From a virus, in IMG/VR virus record IMGVR_UViG_3300013126_000026, positions 4,337 to 68,336 of that record: 64,000 nt of DNA. One strand, given 5' to 3'. A program made the translations under genes and the position numbers. The notes beneath the pieces were generated by a model, which ran no database searches, was not told the DNA's origin, and saw only the letters and a list, made by a program, of their open reading frames with translations. This document shows positions 56,548 to 64,000 of the stretch, one piece after another (the first letter of the stretch is position 1; each line of letters starts with the position of its first letter).

Positions 56548-57561
56548 TTATAATTTACAACTCTCACAATCTTCTTCCAATTCTTGTACTACGAATGTTG
56601 GTTCTGTTTGTGCTGGTTCTTGACTTTTACTTCCTGCTTTATTAATTAAACTATAATAAAATGTTTTAATACCATAATGGTGTGCTAACATAAGATTTTT
56701 AGCAATCGTAGTGATAGGAACTTTTCTATTATGATAATATGCTGGATTGTAAAACGTGTTTGTGCTGATACTTTGATCTACATAAGCCTGTAATACAGCA
56801 GCCGTTTTGATATAGTCTAAACAATCCTTTTGTTCCCACATTAATTGATACTTGTTTTTAAGTTTGTGATATTCAGGAACAACTTGAGTTAAACTTGCTG
56901 CTTTGCTTTCTTTTACTGTAATTAAACTCATTGGTAGCTCAATACCATTTGTGCTGTTAATTACTACACTACTGCTTTCAACAGGCGCTATTGCCATTAA
57001 TGTAGCATTACGTACACCATATTGTTTCATGTTTTCTCTAAGTGGTTCCCAATCTAATTCAGATTTAAAATCGGCTAACTCATTTACACCGTTGGCTCTA
57101 CGTTCCCATGGGAAAATACCACGACCATAATATGTTTTATCACTATCAACACACTTACCGCGTTCTTTAGCAAGTTCCACAGTTGCCTCAGTCAAGTAAT
57201 ATGCCTGATGTTCCATCCAAGACTTTACATCACGTAGTGCTTCTTTTTCTCCGTATTTGTAGCCACGTTTTGCGTGCCAATACGCAAGATTTGTAACGCC
57301 AATACCAAGTGGTTGAATTTCATCGTTACTAAGTTGTGACTGTATGGACAAAAAATCTTGATAATCTAATATATTACAGAGACTACGATGTAATACACGA
57401 CATGCCCTACGCATATCTTCTGGATGACGGAATGCTCCCCAATTTATAGAGCCGAGTGTGCATAAGGCCACTCTGCCCTCCGCTTCATCAATTTCATAAT
57501 ATTCATATTCGTCATCTAACTCTTCGGGCAGATGTTCTATTTCTTCATATAGTTCGTTCAT
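56548..57561 (-). CDS. nrdA: Ribonucleotide reductase alpha subunit, C-terminal fragment
   Basis: ALCTL (C462 equivalent), LGIGV, IAP..SSS, DQSIS, KTFYY, C-terminal CESC. Confidence 0.93.
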   Translation of the reverse strand: MNELYEEIEHLPEELDDEYEYYEIDEAEGRVALCTLGSINWGAFRHPEDMRRACRVLHRSLCNILDYQDFLSIQSQLSNDEIQPLGIGVTNLAYWHAKRGYKYGEKEALRDVKSWMEHQAYYLTEATVELAKERGKCVDSDKTYYGRGIFPWERRANGVNELADFKSELDWEPLRENMKQYGVRNATLMAIAPVESSSVVINSTNGIELPMSLITVKESKAASLTQVVPEYHKLKNKYQLMWEQKDCLDYIKTAAVLQAYVDQSISTNTFYNPAYYHNRKVPITTIAKNLMLAHHYGIKTFYYSLINKAGSKSQEPAQTEPTFVVQELEEDCESCKL

Positions 57562-57563
57562 TT

Positions 57564-57731
57564 TTATTTTCCAAAAATATTAATTAGCATAAGCAAAGAT
57601 GGCATAGAAAACGATAATGCTAGTGCCCAAAACAAAGAACTTTTATACCACGGAGTATCCTTGAGTCCAAGAGTATCGCATAACTCTTTTTCAGACATTT
57701 TGCTAACATCAATATAATATATTTTTCTCAT
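57564..57731 (-). CDS. 55-aa membrane peptide inside the nrdA insertion
   Basis: Read manually; ATGA overlap with the endonuclease stop; ends 2 nt before the nrdA-C ATG. Confidence 0.65.
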   Translation of the reverse strand: MRKIYYIDVSKMSEKELCDTLGLKDTPWYKSSLFWALALSFSMPSLLMLINIFGK

Positions 57732-58495
57732 ACTCGTTTTCCATACTTTGTAATCAAATAGTAGCTTTTACCGGTCGCTTCTTTTGCTTCTGCAATGCTA
57801 CTGTACACAATACCATCGTATTCTATTTTCACCGCTTCGTGATGACTGCTACCCCTGGCTGCTAATTCTTTTAATTGCTGACTGCGGGCTTCTTTTCTCA
57901 TAAACACATACTCTTTGGGTTCATATACTACATCACGCTTGTTAGTTAATTTTTTACATTTATAACCTTTATACATGCTCTTTTTACCGCGAGCCACAGC
58001 ACTCATAGCACTGGCGTTTAACTTATGTTGTCGGCAAAATTCAAGCATATTGTTAATACGCAAAACTTCATTGACAGGTGTGATAACTTCCCAGTCATCC
58101 GCTAATTTAAGTTTTTGCTCATCTTTCATTGCCTTGCCTTTGTTATTGATTACTAAATCGCCAGAAGCAAACTTCCTTTTCTTTGTATAAGATATTTTAG
58201 GACCATTGCCACAATCGCCGCCACCTGCATTAGGAGCGATATTATAATACAAGGGGCTTTTAGCACACCCAATTGTATCTAAATAATGTTGCTCTCTTAT
58301 CAAAATATCCTCTTCTTTTTCTATATATTCTACAATAGTTCTTTCAAAATTCTCAATACCATATTTGTTCACAGCATTACTAAAGCGTTTACCACTACCA
58401 ATATATCCATCATCTATAGTACCTTTATGAGAACCCAAATATTTCATCCCGTCTAATTTGTTTGTCCATTCATATACAAAACCCGAATAGTTCAT
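57728..58495 (-). mobile_element. GIY-YIG homing endonuclease splitting nrdA
   Basis: GFVY...YLGSH...YIGSG...E...YN; NUMOD-like C-terminus; own AGGAGG SD. Confidence 0.9.
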
Positions 58496-58548
58496 ATGTG
58501 CCTCCTATACAGTTATTCATCAGTACTCTGTACTTTAGGCACATTTAA

Positions 58549-60021
58549 CTATCTAATTTTTCTAATGCTAATAATATCTGTTGGTTTATTTTTCATAAAT
58601 TCATCGACCTTGTTCTTTTTGACCTTAATTAATTTTCGTACTGGATCAATTTTTCTAAAACTCTTTGTAGGCAAAAGGACCTCTAAACAAAGATTGGATT
58701 GATAAATTGTATGGTAATCAGGATCGAATGGTCCTTGGTTCATAACATTATCAATGAATACTAGATAAATTCTACCAGTATCGGTGCGTTCTTTTAGAAT
58801 GCCACTTTGGAATACTTCTTCAGCACTCATTGACTTCTTTCTAAGGTCTTTACGCTTTTCGTATTTTACATAGAGTTCTTCAAAGAGTTCTGTATTTTTA
58901 TAGAAGGCTTCGTACAAATCGGGCACCTCGTTTGGATCGAAGAATGTGATATCTTCTTTGTTTTTAAATCTACGCCAAAAGAATGCTGATAATACGACTC
59001 CGTAGTCCATGTGGCGTACTCTAGTTTCTTCAGTCCCTTGATTGTTTTTAAGTACGATAAGATCATCAAACTGATGATGCCAAATTGGATAAAACACAGT
59101 AGCACTAGCATTTCGTATACCTCCTTGACTGCAACTACGCAAATCACCGAACCATTTCTTTAAGAAAGGAATCATACCAGTATGCATGATTTCTCCACCA
59201 CGAATAGGACTACCTAATGGACGTAATCTACCTATTTCTAATCCTATACCAGCACGTTTGCTAGCATACTTTGCCATCATTTCACCACTAGCAAAAATAC
59301 TATCAAGGTCGTCATCACTACGGATAAGAACGCAACTACTAAACTGTTTAGTTGGAGTGCCAAGCCCAGCCAGCACAGGAGTAGCAAGAGTGAAAAGACC
59401 ATCACTGGCAGCATTATAATATTCCTTTATGTAGCGCATTCTAGCATTGTTTGGTTCTTCTTTATGAAATACTGTAGCAGCAGCAATCATATAGCGCACT
59501 TGTGGTGTTTCATAGATTTCTTTTGTGCTACGATTTCTTACTAGATATTTTTCTATAAGTTGTTCGATGGCAGCATAGCTATATAATTCATCTTTACTAT
59601 GGTCTATCATGTCGTTCATTTTATTCCAATCTTCGACAGTATACCATTCTAATAGTTCCTGTGTGTACAGACCTACACTGACATTTTTCTTAACAATATC
59701 GTATAGATGTGGTACATTATAATCGCCGTATACATCTTTACGTAACATGCTTAGTCGCTGTTTTCCAGCGACATATTGATAATTTGTGTGCCCAATAGTT
59801 GGGTTATGCTCACAATCGATTAAATCAACAATAGCACGTAGTGTAAGTTCATCTATTTGTCTTGTAGTGATACCATCGTAAAAATGAGGACTTGCTTTGA
59901 TTTCTACCATGCTTTGGCTTACATCTGCTATACCTTTACATATTTTTGCTATTTGTGCTTGCCATTTTTCTAAATTAAGTTGTTCTTTTTCGCCTGATCT
60001 TTTTATTACTTTAATTGACAT
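58549..60021 (-). CDS. nrdA: Ribonucleotide reductase alpha subunit, N-terminal fragment
   Basis: ATP cone (VIKRSG), FSSC (C225), SNLCLE (C439/E441), then an early stop. Confidence 0.95.
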   Translation of the reverse strand: MSIKVIKRSGEKEQLNLEKWQAQIAKICKGIADVSQSMVEIKASPHFYDGITTRQIDELTLRAIVDLIDCEHNPTIGHTNYQYVAGKQRLSMLRKDVYGDYNVPHLYDIVKKNVSVGLYTQELLEWYTVEDWNKMNDMIDHSKDELYSYAAIEQLIEKYLVRNRSTKEIYETPQVRYMIAAATVFHKEEPNNARMRYIKEYYNAASDGLFTLATPVLAGLGTPTKQFSSCVLIRSDDDLDSIFASGEMMAKYASKRAGIGLEIGRLRPLGSPIRGGEIMHTGMIPFLKKWFGDLRSCSQGGIRNASATVFYPIWHHQFDDLIVLKNNQGTEETRVRHMDYGVVLSAFFWRRFKNKEDITFFDPNEVPDLYEAFYKNTELFEELYVKYEKRKDLRKKSMSAEEVFQSGILKERTDTGRIYLVFIDNVMNQGPFDPDYHTIYQSNLCLEVLLPTKSFRKIDPVRKLIKVKKNKVDEFMKNKPTDIISIRKIR

Positions 60022-60153
60022 ATCATTGTTCCGTTCATTATTATTACATACATTTTGAGATAGAACAATATTTAATGGTCACAAAGACCCATTGTAATAT
60101 AATATTTTACTTAATTTGTAATGCTATGTGTATAGGTTATTGATTAATTTAGA

Positions 60154-60714
60154 TTACCATAACCAACTTACAAAGCTGTATCTCTCCCCACTTGTAATAG
60201 TAGATACCCAATGTGGGTACATAAAATTACTAGGAAAAATATAAAGTTGACCTGCTTTAGTAGGATACTTCTTATCACATATATGCAAATCACCGCCTTC
60301 AAAGTCATCGTTTAAGAAACCAAGTAAGGTAAGAATAGGTACCCCTTTCTTTTTTCCATCAAAAATACTATGTATATGATCACAGTGACCCCTCATACTA
60401 CTGCCAACAGGATATTTATTTAATCTAGGTTGTGTGTACCCATGCCATTGAGTAAACCATGGATAATCGAAATATTCTAAATATTTCAAGATGTAATCAC
60501 GAAGATTCTGTTCAATATACAAAGTATAATAAGTACTATCACCATTCACAAAAAGATCATCTTCATATGAATCTTGGTGATCCCTTTGATAATCATAATA
60601 AGAATGCTTTTGCCAATCTAATAGCTTGAAAAAATTTACCATATCTTTACAGATTTCCTCTGATAAGAAATCGTAAGATTTTATATAATCACTAGTATTT
60701 TTATAAATCTTCAT
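60154..60714 (-). CDS. 2OG-Fe(II) oxygenase (P4H-like)
   Basis: HCD, LNDDFEGG, FPSNFMYPH, G.RYS. Confidence 0.88.
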   Translation of the reverse strand: MKIYKNTSDYIKSYDFLSEEICKDMVNFFKLLDWQKHSYYDYQRDHQDSYEDDLFVNGDSTYYTLYIEQNLRDYILKYLEYFDYPWFTQWHGYTQPRLNKYPVGSSMRGHCDHIHSIFDGKKKGVPILTLLGFLNDDFEGGDLHICDKKYPTKAGQLYIFPSNFMYPHWVSTITSGERYSFVSWLW

Positions 60715-61334
60715 AGAATTAATTCTGAGAGTTCAGTATTGTGTCCCAATATACCTGTTACAAAAGTATTAAAAGCCAAACTAACTCTAGCATATGGCGA
60801 ATTAAATGGTTTTACTTCATGAGATAAACTTGATGGGAAAATAATCAGTCTATTAGTGACAGCAGGTACATGGTAAGTACTACTAGTAAAATCATTATAT
60901 TCAGTAGATTCAAATATAAGCTGTTGATACACACCTTTATGAAAAACTATGTGCCCATCTGTTTCACTGCCCTCGGGATAAAAAACTCCACTTATTAACG
61001 AATTTGGATGGCTATGTAAATGATGATACATTTTATTAGGGTTGAAATTCAACCACGATTGTGTGATACGTATTTGATTTAAATATTTAGTCTTATAAAC
61101 AGCATGAAAGAAAGTTTGAACTTGATGCCAAATTAAATATTTCAAATCTGCTAACTGACTAGTATTCAAAATATAATTATTAACACTAGTAAAATTACCT
61201 TCATTATTACGCACTGGTTGAACTTTCATAAAGTTCAATTCTTCTTCAGTGAGATTCCTGGGTAATTGTGTTATTCCAATTGGTGTGGGGAAAATTCCTA
61301 TAATATCCATGAAAATATTTATTATTATCAACAA
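60711..61334 (-). CDS. 2OG-Fe(II) oxygenase (TIGR02466-like)
   Basis: QSWLN, HSHPNS..SGVFY, FPS.L.H, RVSLAFN. Confidence 0.9.
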   Translation of the reverse strand: MLIIINIFMDIIGIFPTPIGITQLPRNLTEEELNFMKVQPVRNNEGNFTSVNNYILNTSQLADLKYLIWHQVQTFFHAVYKTKYLNQIRITQSWLNFNPNKMYHHLHSHPNSLISGVFYPEGSETDGHIVFHKGVYQQLIFESTEYNDFTSSTYHVPAVTNRLIIFPSSLSHEVKPFNSPYARVSLAFNTFVTGILGHNTELSELIL

Positions 61335-61346
61335 CAGATAAAAAAT

Positions 61347-61892
61347 TTATACTTTTACAGATACACGATTGCCGTTTTCATCCCAATACACATGATACCA
61401 GCACAATTCATCTTCATTCCATTCGTAATACTTTTCTTCATAATCAGCAGGAATAGGAACAGGGGCCTCCCATTTTTGTGTTGTTTCATTAAATACCCAA
61501 CTAGGAAAAATTTGTTCATTATATATCACATACCAAACTTGATTTTTTTCATCCCAGTACCCCACTTGTGTAGGATCAGTAATTTCAGGACCAGGCACAG
61601 GTGGTAGCCATTCTTTTTGTACAGTATCTAAAATCCAACTAGGATAAGGTTGAGGGTAAATAAAAGCATCTAAATCCGAATAATATTTCCAACCTATTCT
61701 TGCATAATTTTTTCTAAAATTTGCGTTGATACTTGTCTGAACCCATACTTTATTTGGACCAAATAATTGATGTAAAAATGCTATACCCAAACTTTCTTGC
61801 TCAACACCGTTTTCATCCAACATATCTTCGTCATTGATTCTTTGAACATCAATAACAATATTGTTTTCATCTAATAATGCGAAATGTGCCAT
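61347..61892 (-). CDS. Tail-fibre-associated protein (MAHFA...WVQTS...PYPSW family)
   Basis: Trp/Pro repeats; adjacent to fibre genes. Confidence 0.65.
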   Translation of the reverse strand: MAHFALLDENNIVIDVQRINDEDMLDENGVEQESLGIAFLHQLFGPNKVWVQTSINANFRKNYARIGWKYYSDLDAFIYPQPYPSWILDTVQKEWLPPVPGPEITDPTQVGYWDEKNQVWYVIYNEQIFPSWVFNETTQKWEAPVPIPADYEEKYYEWNEDELCWYHVYWDENGNRVSVKV

Positions 61893-61894
61893 GA

Positions 61895-62959
61895 TTAACT
61901 TGTGATCGTAAAGGTTCCACCGCCTGTGAAGACATGGTATGTGTAACTTGGACTAGTTGTTACTGATCCACCAGTTGCTCGTTGTGGGCCATTATAACCA
62001 ATGATTACAACACCAGGAGCACCTGGTCCTCCTGTGTTACCACTTCCAGGGCAACCTGATCCTCCACCGCCTGTTCCCGGTGATCCAGATTGTCCACCAG
62101 CACCTGGAGCTGTGTTTGGACTATTTGTGGGGGCAGGTCCACCTCCACCAAAGCCACCTGGACCACCGCCTGTGGCTAATCCGCTATTTTTACCACCTCC
62201 ACCACCGCCCATGTTATAAACACTACGCCAAGATATACCACTACCGCCACTGCCACCGGCTTGACCGAACTGTCCACCTCCTACTGTCCCTCCACCGCCA
62301 CCACCTCGTTGTCCTACTAAAGCAGGTGGAGTTCCTGCACGTCCGCCAGCTGTCCCAATTGGGCCTGTTGCACCTCCACCCAACCCGTTACCGGAACCTG
62401 CACCTCCACCGCAACCACCTGGTCGTCCACTAGCAAATACAGTTGGGCCAGGAAAACCTGCATTTGGTGATAATTGTCCACCAGCACCTCCACCATTACT
62501 TGATGCTATACCTGTTATACTACTTCCTCCACCGCCACTTGACGCAATATTACCAGGAAATTGAGGAGAAGGGCCACCTACTCTACCGCCCCCGCCCCCT
62601 CCGCCAATACCAATAGTCCAACTAGCACCAGGAGAAAAAGGCATAACTACTGCGCCAGGATTAATAGAACTACCCGTATACGGTGCTGATAAATTTGTGT
62701 TAAAACCACCTGCCCCACCGCCGCCGCCAGCATTTGATCCGCCTCCTCCGCCACCGCTCATAATCGCATATTCTAAAGTAGGGGGAGGTGGACTAGGACT
62801 TTTTCCATAAAAATTAGATAACGATATTTGACCAGCTGGCACTCCAGCTAATGTTCTATAACTTGGACTATCAATTGAACTATTAGGATTAGTTCCAGAT
62901 ACTCCCAATTCAACATTAATAGCGTTAAATGATATCGGTCCTGATGGAGGTAATGGCAT
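61895..62959 (-). CDS. Glycine-rich tail-fibre/adhesin-like protein
   Basis: MPLP.SGPIS...IN.E...FYGK N-terminus; polyglycine runs. Confidence 0.75.
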   Translation of the reverse strand: MPLPPSGPISFNAINVELGVSGTNPNSSIDSPSYRTLAGVPAGQISLSNFYGKSPSPPPPTLEYAIMSGGGGGGSNAGGGGGAGGFNTNLSAPYTGSSINPGAVVMPFSPGASWTIGIGGGGGGGRVGGPSPQFPGNIASSGGGGSSITGIASSNGGGAGGQLSPNAGFPGPTVFASGRPGGCGGGAGSGNGLGGGATGPIGTAGGRAGTPPALVGQRGGGGGGTVGGGQFGQAGGSGGSGISWRSVYNMGGGGGGKNSGLATGGGPGGFGGGGPAPTNSPNTAPGAGGQSGSPGTGGGGSGCPGSGNTGGPGAPGVVIIGYNGPQRATGGSVTTSPSYTYHVFTGGGTFTITS

Positions 62960-62961
62960 GA

Positions 62962-64000
62962 TTAATTCCTTTCCTTTTTCAATTCATCAATAACTTCTGA
63001 AAGTTCTTTTATTGCTTCTATTAATAGAGGCACGATTTTTTCATAACGCACTGCTAAATAATCATCACTACGTTTAGCAACGACTTGGGGCAATACTGCT
63101 TGTACTTCTTGAGCAATCACACCAACATCATTTTTTCGTATGAAATATCCGTCTTCTCCTCCGTTTTTATTTATAAAATCTTCTGTCCAATCAAAGTTAA
63201 CACCTCTGATTTTTTTAAGTAAACTTACAGCATTTGCTATAACTTTAACATTTTCTTTTAACCTCATATCTGAACTATAATATGCTGTAATATTATTTGT
63301 AGCACGAATTTCACCAGTAGTACCTGATGCTGCTGTACCAACACCCAGTGATGAAGTTTGAGTATTTGTTAAACTACCTGTGCTTGTTATATTTGGTTGT
63401 GCGGCAGTTGTTACCGTAGCTGCGGTAGTAGCACTAGTAGCAGTACCTGCTGTTGCTACATTTAAATTTGCTACCTGTGTTGTTGAAGTTACTGTTAACG
63501 GGGCAGTACCTGTTACTACATTACTTATAATCACTGGAGCTGTTATGTTTGCTGTTGCCAATACTTGTTCTGCGCCTAAATTACCTACGTTAGCATTACC
63601 TGTTACATTTGCTGTTCCTGTTATATTAGCACCCGTTGTTGTAAACGTGGCAACTGCTGCTGTTCCCCCAACACCCACAGTAACATTGCCGCCGCTTGTA
63701 GCAATGTTAACGTTTGATGTGCCGTTGCTTATACTAGCTCCACCCCCACCTGCTATACCAGTCAATTGACTACCGTTACCAATAAAAAAGTTAGCAGTGA
63801 TATTCCCATCTGCATTTCTTTGAACAATACTATTTGCTGTTGCTGTAGTTGCTGGGGTATTTCCTTGCAAAGCATTGGCATTTAAATTAGCAACTACTGT
63901 GGTCGATGTAACAACTAACGGGGCTGTACCTGTTGTTACGTTTGAAATTATTTGCGGCGCTGTTATATTTGCTGTTGCTAATACTTGTGCTGTACCTAAA
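62962..64000 (-). CDS. Tail fibre with C-terminal intramolecular chaperone (peptidase S74); 5' part lies beyond the window
   Basis: SD.RLKEN, GVIAQEV, V.YEKIVPLLIEAIKEL; frame open to the window edge. Confidence 0.88.
   Translation of the reverse strand, partial: LGTAQVLATANITAPQIISNVTTGTAPLVVTSTTVVANLNANALQGNTPATTATANSIVQRNADGNITANFFIGNGSQLTGIAGGGGASISNGTSNVNIATSGGNVTVGVGGTAAVATFTTTGANITGTANVTGNANVGNLGAEQVLATANITAPVIISNVVTGTAPLTVTSTTQVANLNVATAGTATSATTAATVTTAAQPNITSTGSLTNTQTSSLGVGTAASGTTGEIRATNNITAYYSSDMRLKENVKVIANAVSLLKKIRGVNFDWTEDFINKNGGEDGYFIRKNDVGVIAQEVQAVLPQVVAKRSDDYLAVRYEKIVPLLIEAIKELSEVIDELKKERN

Noticed and set aside
57562-58548. Group I intron or split intein in nrdA
   Set aside because: The gap is almost entirely filled by ORFs, leaving no room for a ribozyme core; the fragment ends lack Cys1 and His-Asn/Cys+1 intein motifs.
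61895-62959. High-GC stretch as foreign DNA
   Set aside because: Explained by the Gly/Pro codons of a glycine-rich fibre protein.
5191-63769. Numerous short plus-strand ORFs antisense to long genes
   Set aside because: No recognisable motifs; explained by the codon bias of the real minus-strand genes.
63460-64000. Direct repeat in the tail fibre as a DGR template/variable pair
   Set aside because: Both copies are in-frame protein repeats, no reverse transcriptase is present in the window, and the differences are not adenine-specific.
1-64000. Stop-codon reassignment
   Set aside because: Known genes are intact in code 11 with TAA, TAG and TGA stops, and no suppressor anticodon was found.

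Overview
AT-rich, gene-dense segment of a large T4-like/jumbo myophage genome, almost all on the minus strand. The host is probably a proteobacterium, inferred from the iscU, cytochrome c, clp and nrd sequences. Left part: early small ORFs, cytochrome c, class II aldolase, 2OG-Fe(II) oxygenases, an RCC1-repeat protein, a clpP/clpS/hsp20/bS21/clpX module, DNA ligase and dCMP deaminase. Centre (about 25.0-45.7 kb): a dispersed array of 27 tRNA genes plus one non-canonical tRNA-Tyr-like RNA, together covering all 20 amino acids. It is interleaved with homing endonucleases, oxygenases, a sugar-modification cluster and several unannotated structured ncRNAs. Right part: iscU, metK, cell-wall hydrolase, baseplate/PAAR genes, glutaredoxin, nrdB, an nrdA split by a GIY-YIG endonuclease, and tail-fibre genes. 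The most striking unannotated signal heads the tRNA array: a sigma70 promoter, then a 41-aa leader ORF containing all 20 amino acids whose last codons can pair with the 5' arm of a following intrinsic terminator. This is a candidate pan-amino-acid/pan-tRNA attenuator. Other highlights: a family of RNAs with a conserved 17-bp closing stem around variable cores, a D-arm-less tRNA-Tyr-like RNA, and charge-complementary tails on the two nrdA fragments. All calls were made by eye; no database searches or folding programs were run.
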